Assembly: GCA_003599255.1 (NCBI GenBank)
Contig: QZJF01000017.1
Coordinates: 113,278 to 177,277 of the forward strand
Source of the DNA: a candidate division WWE3 bacterium
GTDB taxonomy: Bacteria > Patescibacteriota > WWE3 > UBA101185 > UBA10185
Reading direction: 5' to 3'
Length of the DNA stretch: 64,000 nucleotides
Program-made: the position numbers and the translations under genes
Notes under the pieces: model-generated
Databases searched by the model: none
What the model was told of the DNA's origin: nothing
The model's input: the letters and a program-made list of their open reading frames with translations, nothing else
Shown here: positions 19,096 through 28,162 of the stretch, piece after piece
Layout: each line of letters begins with the position of its first letter
How positions within the stretch are numbered: the stretch's first letter is position 1

Positions 19096-20034
19096 ATGGC
19101 GGTGCATATAGTACAAACTCAAAAGTGGGCGGATTTTAAAAATTCCTTTGGAACCCCGGCCGTGTCAGTCGGAGGTGTTGTTTATACCAAACATCCCATA
19201 CCATTTACAAACTTATTTTTTGGTTACAGTCCCAAAGCTAATCCGTTTGAGATAAATTTTGAAGAAGTTAAAAAATCTTTGGAAGAGAATGATTGTATAA
19301 ATATCAATTTCGATGTTCCTAATGTTGAGACTGGCACCGAGACCGCTTCTGCGGCCGGAAAAATATTTGAGGATATCGGTTGCACGCCATCTCCAAGAGA
19401 TCAGTTCGCAAAGTCAAATGTGATCCTCGATCTTACTGTTCCTGAAGAGCAACTAATGCAAAACATGCACTATAAGCACAGGTACAATATCAAATATGCC
19501 CAAAAAAAAGGGGTTACCGCTCGGTTAGCAGAGACACAGGAAGATTTTGATATCTTTTACGAACTCTTCAAAGAAACATCCATAAGGCAGAAATATTTCG
19601 TCCGCGCCAAAACTTACTATCAGAAAATATGGGAGATGTTCAAAACCGAAGGAATGGCACACATAATTACAACTTTTTATAAGGACACCCCGCTGGCATC
19701 GTGGATGCTTCTTTCCTATCAGGATATTCTCTATTATCCTTATGGAGGATCTTCAGAAAAATTCAAAAATCTGCACGGAAGCACTTTGGTGGGATGGGAA
19801 GCAATAATGTTAGGGAAACGTTTGGGGTGTCATACCTTTGATATGTGGGGAGCGGCCGAAGATATGAATGATCTAGAGGATCCGTGGTGGGGGTTCACTA
19901 ATTTTAAGTTACGTTTTGGTGGAAAATACGTAAAATATATTGATTCATATGACTACGTACTAAATCCCTCGGTTTACAAGATGTTCTCTGTTGCGAATTC
20001 AATGAGGTGGAAGTTATTGCGGATAATTAAATGA
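19096..20034 (+). CDS. FemAB-family peptidyltransferase (peptidoglycan interpeptide-bridge formation), paralogue 1
   Basis: KHRYNIKYAQKKG matches the FemAB KTRYNIR.A.KKG pattern. Length and GNAT-like C-terminal half (FYKDTPLASWMLLSY...YYPYGGS) also fit. Confidence 0.65.
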   Translation: MAVHIVQTQKWADFKNSFGTPAVSVGGVVYTKHPIPFTNLFFGYSPKANPFEINFEEVKKSLEENDCININFDVPNVETGTETASAAGKIFEDIGCTPSPRDQFAKSNVILDLTVPEEQLMQNMHYKHRYNIKYAQKKGVTARLAETQEDFDIFYELFKETSIRQKYFVRAKTYYQKIWEMFKTEGMAHIITTFYKDTPLASWMLLSYQDILYYPYGGSSEKFKNLHGSTLVGWEAIMLGKRLGCHTFDMWGAAEDMNDLEDPWWGFTNFKLRFGGKYVKYIDSYDYVLNPSVYKMFSVANSMRWKLLRIIK

Positions 20035-20936
20035 ATCACCAAATACACGACGTTCGACAAAGTGACGCATGGGCGGAGTATCTGACTGAAATAGGTTGGA
20101 AAACTGTTACGACTTCGTTCGGAGTAAAAATCTTTTTTCGTCCCTCTATTTTTGGATCTTTGGTCAAAATCCAAAGAACCACGCCACTGAATGAGGAACA
20201 TATTAAGGAGATAGAAGAAACCTGTCTTTCAAAAAGAGCCATGTTTATCAAAATTGAGCCTGGGTACGGACAGGATATAGGAATTCTTGAAAATATGGGG
20301 TATAAGACCAGTCTATTTCCAATGGTTCCTGCAACAACAATTTTTATAGACCTTACATTATCCGAGGGCGAACTTTGGAATAATGTATCAAAAAGCGGAA
20401 AATATTCCATAAAGAGGGCGGAAAGAGAAGGAGCAAAAGTAGAAGTTTACACGAATCCGGGAGATAAAGAATTTGATATTTATTACGCTATATTGAAGGA
20501 AACAGGTACGTTGAAAAAATTCTACGTTCCTCCAATTAAACAGCTGAAGAAAATGCGCAAATCATTTGGTGATAAAGGACACTTAGCAATTGTTTACGAA
20601 AAAGACGGCTCTCCGGCAGGCGCAAAGTATTTTATCGGCTCAGAAGATAATGCTTTATATGTAAACGGAGGCACTTCCGGACAGGGTAGAAACACCAAGG
20701 CAGGTTACGCTCTTTTATGGAAGTCAATATTGTTTCTTAAAAATGCCGGGTATAACCTGCTAGATTTGGAAGGAAAGGACGATCCCAGGTTTCCGAGTTT
20801 TACCAAGAACTGGGAAGGATTTTCTTATTTCAAGGAGAAATTCGGCGGGGAAGAGATTGAGTTTCCTTATCCGCATGTGAAGTATTATAGCCCGATTATT
20901 AAATCAATGGTCGCCCTGACCGGTATGGACATATAA
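20031..20936 (+). CDS. FemAB-family peptidyltransferase, paralogue 2
   Basis: KSGKYSIKRAEREGAKVEVY...HLAIVYEKDGSPAGAKYFIGSEDNALYVNGGTS. Same family as the upstream gene, with a 4-nt overlap. Confidence 0.65.
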   Translation: MNHQIHDVRQSDAWAEYLTEIGWKTVTTSFGVKIFFRPSIFGSLVKIQRTTPLNEEHIKEIEETCLSKRAMFIKIEPGYGQDIGILENMGYKTSLFPMVPATTIFIDLTLSEGELWNNVSKSGKYSIKRAEREGAKVEVYTNPGDKEFDIYYAILKETGTLKKFYVPPIKQLKKMRKSFGDKGHLAIVYEKDGSPAGAKYFIGSEDNALYVNGGTSGQGRNTKAGYALLWKSILFLKNAGYNLLDLEGKDDPRFPSFTKNWEGFSYFKEKFGGEEIEFPYPHVKYYSPIIKSMVALTGMDI

Positions 20937-23798
20937 CTAACCCTTATAAACAAATGGACAGATGTCTTTGTAATCGCACCATGTGCAGTGCATTCCCGGT
21001 GTTGCTTCGTAATCTCCTTTTTTCAGTCTCTCCACCACTTGGATGACCGTTCTTTTTGCCTGCGTTAATTCCTCAGGTGTGTGAGTCGTCGAAATTTTAA
21101 CTCCCTCTTCCAAGAAATACAGGCTTAATAATTTAGGATTCAGTTTGAGTGCTTCCCTGGCGGCTATGTCATATAGGGCCAGCTGTGTATCTTTATCTAC
21201 CTCTTTTTGTGTTTTTGTTGCCCCGGTTTTGTAATCGATAATTTCAACACCGTCCGAATATTCGTCTATTCTGTCGATACGGCCTTTAAACTGAATGCCT
21301 CCCAGATTAAGAGAGAAGCGTTTTTCCAGAGCTATATGTTTTATGGAGTCATTTTTATGCTTGCTATGATATCTTTCCAGCAGCTCCTTTCCGTTTTCAA
21401 AGCGCATCTTTCTGTGTTCTTCGTTCATATACCCAAGCGGCTGCCAGTTATTTTCGTAGGCATACAATAAATCATCCAAACTAACTTCTTTGTTAAACAT
21501 TAATTTCGTGTGGAAATCCCTAAGAGTGTCGTGAATAGTTGTTCCAAAGCTTAACGCGTGACTTGGCAGAGTCGGAAGCTTTAAGACATACTTATATTTA
21601 TATTGAAGAGGGCATGTTGTGTAATTATCAACTGCAGAAAAGCTTAGAGACTCAGGCAGTGTTCCGTTAATTTTAATTATTGCCGAATCCCTAAATCCGG
21701 AGTTTATTCCGAAAAGAGTATTAGTTTCACCGTCCGGTTTAATTTTTCCAGGATCTTTTGTATCCAAACCTATCTCTTGCAGAAATCCGCTCGGAGTCTT
21801 TTCCCGTTTTCCTCCGTAGTCTTTTCCGTAAGTCATGTACAAATATTTTTTAGCCCTGGTCATGCCGACATAAAACAGACGCCTTTCTTCCTGGATATGT
21901 TCGTCTCCCGACGGGAGAGTTTCCTTGATTAGTCTGTCAGGAATCATGATTGCATCTTTTCTGTTTCTGGTCGGGAATCTGTCAGACACAAGGTTCACTA
22001 AAAATACTACGGGGAACTCCAGACCTTTAGCCGAGTGGGCGGTAAGAAGGTTAATTGTATCAATATCTTTGATTTCTGCCTGTGCGGGGTTATCTCCGGC
22101 CTCGATAATTAGTTCCAGATAATCGACAAAGTCCAGCAATGTTGGATATTCCCTATGCTCTTGGTGAAAGTCTATCTCAAACTTTTTTACTATATTTAAG
22201 AATAAGTCCAGATTTTCAATGGCAAGCTGATTTTCTATCGTTTCTTCTTCAGTAAATTGAGATATGTAGTTAATTGAATTGACCGCAGAGAAAACGAATT
22301 CAACTGGAGTGCTTTTGGTAATATTTTTTTGAAAGTCCAAAATTCTTTGATAGAAAAACTGTAAGGAATCGCTTTTACTTTTTTTGATTGTCTCCCACAG
22401 ATCTTCTTTACCAATTCTTGATTTGGCCAAAATTGCCGCCACATCCGTGTATGGGATTTTTAAAGTACTGATATTCAAGGTTCTATACAGACTTATCGGG
22501 TCATTTGGATTTAAAACTGTTTTCAGGAGTGCGATTATGTCTCTAATTTCGTCCCGATCATATAGACCTCTGTTGCCCACCAATTGATAGGGGATTCCCT
22601 TTTGTCTAAGACCCAGCAGAAATGCATCAAGGTGATTATTTGCTCGTGCGAGAATAGCAAAGTCTTTGTAGGTGTACCCCGGTTCTTTTGCGAGTATTTC
22701 CAGAATTTTCGAAACAACAAATTCAACTTCCTCCTCAAGCGTTTCGGTTCTGATTATTTCCGGGGACTCCCCCTGTATGTTAGCCTCACTTGTTATTTTT
22801 TTGGATATTCCTAACTTTGATTCAAGCGTATCCGGGTTGTTGTTTTGGATTAGCCTGTATGCAGGATCCAAAATCTCCTGCGAAGACCGATAATTTTGCA
22901 GAAGAGTCACCATTTCCGAATCAGGGTAATCTCTCATAAATTCAAGAATGTTGGAAACGGCCGCCCCTCTGAATTTATAGATTGATTGAGAGTCATCTCC
23001 CACCGCCACCAGACTTCTCTCTCCTAAAAAAGCGGGGCATAACATTTTAATCAGAATATACTGCGCATAGTTTGTATCCTGAAACTCGTCGACTAGCACG
23101 TGCCGGAATTGTTTTTGATATTTTTTTAATATTGCCGGTCTGTCATTAAATAATTTTATTGTCCATGTAATTAAATCTCCGAAGTCGAGTCTTGATTTTT
23201 CAATTTTTATTTTCGTATATGTCTCGTAAATATGTGCCAGTTCCTGCCATCTTTGAATCTCGTCCCCGGTTTCAAAATTATCTTTGGAATTTTCCACGTA
23301 TTCCCGTAGATTATCCGGCGATATGTTTTCGTCCTGAAGTCTTGAGATAAATTTAAGCGCATCGGAAATAAATTTAGTGGGATTGCCCAAGGGTCTGAAA
23401 TAATTCATTTGCATTTTGAAAAGGCCCTTTCTCAAAAGCAGCCATTGCTCGGGTCCTGAAAGTATTTTGTATGAGGGGTCCAGACCAATCTCTATTCCTT
23501 CGGATTTTAAAATGCGATCGGCGAAGGAGTGAAAAGTGTATACCCATGGTTCTTCATAACCCAATGGCATTACATCCCCAATTCTTTCCAGCATTTCTCC
23601 TGCTGCCTTCTCAGTGAAGGTAAGCGCAAGAATTTCGTGGGGTTTTACGTTTTTATCCAGTATTAAATGGCGGATTCTTTCGGTTATAACGCGCGTTTTG
23701 CCTGTGCCGGCACCGGCAACCACAAGCAGAGGACCGTTTTCGTGCATGATTGCCTTCTTTTGATTGTCGTTCAGCTCGATTTTGGATTTGTTTGCCAT
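20937..23798 (-). CDS. UvrD-like helicase fused to a C-terminal PD-(D/E)xK (RecB/Cas4-like) nuclease domain with a Cys4 iron-sulfur motif
   Basis: N-terminus has AGAGTGKTRV (Walker A), DEFQDTN and FRGA. The C-terminus has TTCPLQYKY... GRIDRIDEYSDGVEIIDYKTG (RecB-nuclease motif) ...CTWCDYKDIC, the Cas4/AddB-type cysteine arrangement. Confidence 0.8.
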   Translation of the reverse strand: MANKSKIELNDNQKKAIMHENGPLLVVAGAGTGKTRVITERIRHLILDKNVKPHEILALTFTEKAAGEMLERIGDVMPLGYEEPWVYTFHSFADRILKSEGIEIGLDPSYKILSGPEQWLLLRKGLFKMQMNYFRPLGNPTKFISDALKFISRLQDENISPDNLREYVENSKDNFETGDEIQRWQELAHIYETYTKIKIEKSRLDFGDLITWTIKLFNDRPAILKKYQKQFRHVLVDEFQDTNYAQYILIKMLCPAFLGERSLVAVGDDSQSIYKFRGAAVSNILEFMRDYPDSEMVTLLQNYRSSQEILDPAYRLIQNNNPDTLESKLGISKKITSEANIQGESPEIIRTETLEEEVEFVVSKILEILAKEPGYTYKDFAILARANNHLDAFLLGLRQKGIPYQLVGNRGLYDRDEIRDIIALLKTVLNPNDPISLYRTLNISTLKIPYTDVAAILAKSRIGKEDLWETIKKSKSDSLQFFYQRILDFQKNITKSTPVEFVFSAVNSINYISQFTEEETIENQLAIENLDLFLNIVKKFEIDFHQEHREYPTLLDFVDYLELIIEAGDNPAQAEIKDIDTINLLTAHSAKGLEFPVVFLVNLVSDRFPTRNRKDAIMIPDRLIKETLPSGDEHIQEERRLFYVGMTRAKKYLYMTYGKDYGGKREKTPSGFLQEIGLDTKDPGKIKPDGETNTLFGINSGFRDSAIIKINGTLPESLSFSAVDNYTTCPLQYKYKYVLKLPTLPSHALSFGTTIHDTLRDFHTKLMFNKEVSLDDLLYAYENNWQPLGYMNEEHRKMRFENGKELLERYHSKHKNDSIKHIALEKRFSLNLGGIQFKGRIDRIDEYSDGVEIIDYKTGATKTQKEVDKDTQLALYDIAAREALKLNPKLLSLYFLEEGVKISTTHTPEELTQAKRTVIQVVERLKKGDYEATPGMHCTWCDYKDICPFVYKG

Positions 23799-23909
23799 GT
23801 CCAGGTAATTATAAGCATATTTGCCAAAATCCGGAAAATAGCCTATAATAAATCTTATCGTAAACCAACCTTAAAAAAAGGGTTAATGTATCAGGAAAGG
23901 AGCTTTTGG

Positions 23910-24050
23910 ATGGAAATTTTCGTAGGTCTTTTGGTAGTGGCTATCATCGTTGGAGGAGCAAAATTTTTGCACCTCTCTCCTGAGGAACGAAAAGCCGCAG
24001 GAATTGTAACACCAGAGGAATCCCGGGCTATTCACCATCCCAACCCCTGA
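23910..24050 (+). CDS. Small membrane protein (46 aa), hypothetical
   Basis: Strong SD (GGAAAGGAG) 7 nt upstream of ATG 23910, one TM helix, then SPEERKAAGIVTPEESR. The longer track ORF 23667..24050 is not credible upstream of this start. Confidence 0.3.
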   Translation: MEIFVGLLVVAIIVGGAKFLHLSPEERKAAGIVTPEESRAIHHPNP

Positions 24051-24155
24051 TTCTGTCCGGTCCGACTGCAACATATGGAGAAAAGTTTTCATGAAAACGT
24101 AAAAATACTCTTTCCATAATATAACCAGCCCCGGCCAGCCGCGCTCCGCCCGCTA

Positions 24156-24217
24156 CCCTGCAAGTAACGCTTAATCGCGTGAATCGACTAAAATCGAACT
24201 TGCAGGGTAATTTTTTG
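24156..24217 (+). terminator. Hairpin (10-bp stem CCCTGCAAGT/ACTTGCAGGG) followed by a T-run; candidate intrinsic terminator or 3' end of a small RNA
   Basis: Perfect 10-bp inverted repeat at 24156-24165 and 24198-24207, followed by TAATTTTTTG. Embedded in an unusually GC-rich intergenic segment. Confidence 0.4.
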
Positions 24218-24242
24218 CAAAAAACCGAGGAATAAGATCCGC

Positions 24243-25337
24243 CTAGTTGTTGCCGTTCTCGACAACCTCATCCGCGGAATCAAGAAGCGGCTGCTGTTCT
24301 GCCTGACCCAGCGCCTGAACACTTTCAATTTTTCCGAATAACCTCATAAATTTCACTTTTACCTTGTCCATTGACTTGTATGTATCGGATATATGTCCCT
24401 CTAAAACCCCCAAATCTCCATTGAACTTTTCAGCTTCCAGACTGATTCCCGCCAGAGACTTTAGTATTTCACCCGCGTGTTTCTGCAGCTCTTTTTGTTG
24501 AAAGGCAATAAGCAAAACTCTAAGAAAGTAGGAAATTGTATTCGGAGATGCCAACACTACACTTTTCTGTTTTGCGTACTCTTCTATTTCCGGAGTATTT
24601 ACAATTAGTTCGTAATAAATATTTTCCGAAGGGATGTACATAATTGCCTGCTCCGATGTTCCTTCTTCCGGAAGGATATATTTTGAAGTTTCGTCAATTC
24701 TTTTCTTTATATCATTAATAAAAGTTTTCTTTATTTTGTCCCTTTGTTCCTGTGTTTCCGCGACAACCATAGCCTTAAAGTTTTCGGCAGAGAATTTCGC
24801 ATCAATCGGGATAATTCCTTTATCAGTGAAAACTGCGGCGTCACATTTTGTCCCGTCTTTAAAAGCATATTGTGTTTTAAACCTGTCATTTGGTAGTGCA
24901 CTTGCCAAAATATCGTACAAGAGTTGTTCTCCAAGACCTCCTCTTAGCTTTGGTGATTTAAGAATGTTGCTTAAATCTTTGATGTCGGTTCCGAATTCCT
25001 GGATGCCCCCGATTTGTTTTTGAACATTTCTTATAACTTCCGAGGCGTTGTCCAGTCTTTCCCAGATCAATTTGGTTTGCTGAGTCATGGCATGTCTTTG
25101 ATTTTGAAGCTGTTCTTCAAGGGTACTTCTTTGATCCTTAAGTTGTTTCTCCAACACGTCGGAGTTCTTTTCGACAGACACTTTCATTTCTTTAAGCCAC
25201 TCCATAAGAATCTGATCACTGTCATTTTGCAGATCTTTTTTTAACCCACGGATTTGCGATGTAAAAATGTATATAAGAACTCCCGCGACAATAATTACCA
25301 GTAATGCTATGAATAAGAAAGTTTCGAATGTGATCAT
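24243..25337 (-). CDS. rmuC: DNA recombination protein RmuC
   Basis: N-terminal TM, a long coiled coil, and a segment (LKSPKLRGGLGEQLLYDIL) resembling the RmuC LRG.WGE conserved region. Confidence 0.7.
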   Translation of the reverse strand: MITFETFLFIALLVIIVAGVLIYIFTSQIRGLKKDLQNDSDQILMEWLKEMKVSVEKNSDVLEKQLKDQRSTLEEQLQNQRHAMTQQTKLIWERLDNASEVIRNVQKQIGGIQEFGTDIKDLSNILKSPKLRGGLGEQLLYDILASALPNDRFKTQYAFKDGTKCDAAVFTDKGIIPIDAKFSAENFKAMVVAETQEQRDKIKKTFINDIKKRIDETSKYILPEEGTSEQAIMYIPSENIYYELIVNTPEIEEYAKQKSVVLASPNTISYFLRVLLIAFQQKELQKHAGEILKSLAGISLEAEKFNGDLGVLEGHISDTYKSMDKVKVKFMRLFGKIESVQALGQAEQQPLLDSADEVVENGNN

Positions 25338-25414
25338 ACGGATATTCTACCAAGTATTTACCGTTTCGAATGGATAATAATGTAGAACGAATGAAACAGT
25401 GATAATATCTTATT

Positions 25415-25780
25415 ATGCCTAGGTTTCTTTATGCATTGATTTTCTCAACATTTATAGTTTGGTTTTGCTTAATTTGGGTTGGGAGTACCTACATGCCGGA
25501 CACCCTACTGACTATCGGGATGTTTTTAACATTATTGTTTTTTGCACTTAGTCTTACATTTACAACAATTATCTTTTTGATTTTTCACAAAACTCACAGC
25601 AGACTTTCAGCCCCCAAAAAACTTCCGGGTAGAAGTTTAAAATACGGATTTTTTATGGGCCTTGTAGTTGCAGGGACTTTAGGTTTCAAAGCTTTCGATC
25701 TCATCAACCCGCTAAATTACGGTTTATTTTTAGTATTCTGCATACTGATTTATTTTCAGCTGCGAAGTCCGAAAATTTAG
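25415..25780 (+). CDS. Hypothetical membrane protein (4 TM)
   Basis: Hydrophobic 121-aa ORF with no motif. Confidence 0.3.
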   Translation: MPRFLYALIFSTFIVWFCLIWVGSTYMPDTLLTIGMFLTLLFFALSLTFTTIIFLIFHKTHSRLSAPKKLPGRSLKYGFFMGLVVAGTLGFKAFDLINPLNYGLFLVFCILIYFQLRSPKI

Positions 25781-25794
25781 GGTATTCTTCTGAC

Positions 25795-26577
25795 ATGCTT
25801 ATAGATTCCCATTGTCATTTGACGCACAAAAAATACGCTAAATCTGTTCAGGATTTGGTTTCGGGGGCAGTTTCCGAGGGCGTTACAAAAATAATTGATA
25901 TAGGAACTTCCATAAAAGAAAATGCTCATGTGATTCATAATATTGTCGAGTTTGATGAAGTGTACGGTGCTTTGGCGATATATCCCCACGATGATATCGG
26001 TGTAGAACCAGGGCGTCTGATTGAATCATTAAGACAACAGGTTGTAGAAAATAAAAAGATTATAGGTATTGGGGAATGCGGTATTGATATTAGTTCTTGG
26101 GAGCATGGCAGGGCAGTAGAGGAGCAGAAATTTTTGTTTGAGGAACAACTTAAGTTGGCAGTGGAACTAAATTTGCCTGTAGTCATTCATAACAGAGGTG
26201 GTGATGAAATAATATTAAATTTGATCAAAAAATATCTGTCGAAAGATTTAACCGGAGTTTTTCATTGTTTTGCGTCGGAGTGGGAATTTGCTAAAAAAGT
26301 TTTGGATCTTGGTTTTCACATTTCTTTTACAGGTATGATTACTTATCCGTCTAACAAACGTTTGCTGGAATCAGTTAAAAAAGTTCCTCAGGACAGATTC
26401 CTAATTGAGACTGATGCGCCGTATTTACCGCCTCAAGATATGCGTGGGAGTGTAAATGAACCCAAAAATGTAAAATATGTAGCAATGAAGATTGCCGAAG
26501 TAAGAGGGGAGTCATTTGAAAACATCTCAGAATTGTCCTATAGTAACACCTGCGCATTATTCAAAGGAATAATATGA
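25795..26577 (+). CDS. tatD: TatD-family metal-dependent DNase/hydrolase
   Basis: MLIDSHCHL start with the His motifs and a conserved downstream glutamate (GIGECGID). 260 aa. Confidence 0.85.
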   Translation: MLIDSHCHLTHKKYAKSVQDLVSGAVSEGVTKIIDIGTSIKENAHVIHNIVEFDEVYGALAIYPHDDIGVEPGRLIESLRQQVVENKKIIGIGECGIDISSWEHGRAVEEQKFLFEEQLKLAVELNLPVVIHNRGGDEIILNLIKKYLSKDLTGVFHCFASEWEFAKKVLDLGFHISFTGMITYPSNKRLLESVKKVPQDRFLIETDAPYLPPQDMRGSVNEPKNVKYVAMKIAEVRGESFENISELSYSNTCALFKGII

Positions 26578-26617
26578 CCCGTCCCTCAAAGTTTGAAATG
26601 AGATAAACTTAATATAT

Positions 26618-28162
26618 ATGTTGGAAAATCTGGTAATTAAATACGATAAACAGGTACATAGAATGCTTGAGCTCTCTCTTGGGATGCTTACGTGGGCACT
26701 TCTGTCATCGCCTATATGGCTTGGTTTGCTATATCCTCCAGCCATTGTGTACTTGCTAACCTTCTTCACTGTCTACTGGTCATACATGGCATTCAGGCAC
26801 ACGATGGGAATGTATATCGGTTATAGGAATTACAAAAGGGAAATGGCGCAAGATTGGATGGACGAATGCAATAAGCTAAACTTTTCCTTGCTTCCCGACA
26901 CTGGTACTCTTCCGCAATCGTTGGCGGATGTGCGGCACCTGTTTCTTATTCCTGTGTATAGCGAACCCGAGGGAGTTTTAAGAGATACTATCGGGAGTAT
27001 CTTATCGCAAACTTTCCCAACGGAGCAGGTTGTACTGGTTTTTGCTGTCGAAGAAAAGTATTCCGATACCGTTGTTCCCAATATTTATAAAATAATTAAC
27101 GAATCTGAAAGAAAATTTCACAAAGTGAAGCATTACGTACACCCTGCCGGAATTCCGGGAGAGGCCATAGGAGCGGCTGCAGCAAATAGGACCTGGGGAG
27201 CAAAACATGCCGTTGATGATTTAAGAGCTGAGGGAGAAAATCTCCGCAATTATATTTTCAGCACAATCGATGCGGACCATGTGTTAAATAATCAGTACAT
27301 TGCCAGACTCACCCACCTTTATCTGACTGCCGACAGAAGGGATTACCACTATTATTCTACGGCGGTACACCTTTTTAATAACAATCTTTGGAGGGTGCCT
27401 TCAATGATGCGAATAGAGGCGAACGCTGTTACTTTAGGCAGCCTTTCGGACTGGGTAGTATCAAACAGAGAGTTTAAAGACACATTTTCTTCTTACTCCT
27501 CATCTTTGCAGACATTAATAGACGCCGATTTTTGGGATGTATCTTTGGGGGTAGACGATACTATATTTTACTGGAGAGCTTTTTTTGTGAGAAATGGAGA
27601 TTTTGACGGGGTTCCCCATTACATTCCCTATTCAGCGGATGCCGTAGAAGGAAAGAATTTCCTGGACTCGCATGTGCGTTTATACAAACAGCTTCTTCGA
27701 TGGGGGTGGGGTGCAATAGATTTTCCGTTATCGGTCAAAGAGTTTATGAAGAACAGAAAGATTGCGACTACTAAGAAGATAAAATGGATAATTAAGCATA
27801 TAGAAAAAAGAGTGATACTTATTAATATTGTATTCTTAATTACGTTCGGATTTGGCATGGTTACTCTTGTGAATCCGTATGTTAAGCAGTCAAATTTTGC
27901 CTATAGCCTTCCGAATATAATGAGTGTGATTTTGACCATCACATTGATCTTCCTGATTCCCGGCACGTACTTCAGAAACAAATTCACAAATCCCGTTCCA
28001 AAGAATTGGCCTTTATGGAGAAAGTTTATGGTGCTTATGGAGGGTCCGCTTATCATTCTCAATTTATTGACATTTTCCTTTTTCCCTTGGATAGAAGCCC
28101 AAACAAGAATGATGATGGGTAAAAAACTCAAAGACCTGTATCACACACCTAAGGTTAGGTGA
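26618..28162 (+). CDS. Membrane-embedded family-2 glycosyltransferase (processive synthase-like, QxxRW motif)
   Basis: N- and C-terminal TM bundles flank a cytoplasmic GT-A domain with DADH (DxD-like) and QLLRWGWG (QxxRW) motifs. Confidence 0.6.
   Translation: MLENLVIKYDKQVHRMLELSLGMLTWALLSSPIWLGLLYPPAIVYLLTFFTVYWSYMAFRHTMGMYIGYRNYKREMAQDWMDECNKLNFSLLPDTGTLPQSLADVRHLFLIPVYSEPEGVLRDTIGSILSQTFPTEQVVLVFAVEEKYSDTVVPNIYKIINESERKFHKVKHYVHPAGIPGEAIGAAAANRTWGAKHAVDDLRAEGENLRNYIFSTIDADHVLNNQYIARLTHLYLTADRRDYHYYSTAVHLFNNNLWRVPSMMRIEANAVTLGSLSDWVVSNREFKDTFSSYSSSLQTLIDADFWDVSLGVDDTIFYWRAFFVRNGDFDGVPHYIPYSADAVEGKNFLDSHVRLYKQLLRWGWGAIDFPLSVKEFMKNRKIATTKKIKWIIKHIEKRVILINIVFLITFGFGMVTLVNPYVKQSNFAYSLPNIMSVILTITLIFLIPGTYFRNKFTNPVPKNWPLWRKFMVLMEGPLIILNLLTFSFFPWIEAQTRMMMGKKLKDLYHTPKVR

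Noticed and set aside
23667-24092. Track ORFs 23667..24050 (+, 127 aa) and 23883..24092 (-, 69 aa)
   Set aside because: The plus ORF's 5' part overlaps the start of the 953-aa helicase-nuclease gene on the opposite strand and has no RBS. Only the last 46 codons, from the ATG at 23910 behind a strong SD, look genuine. The minus ORF lies antisense to that small gene with no signals.
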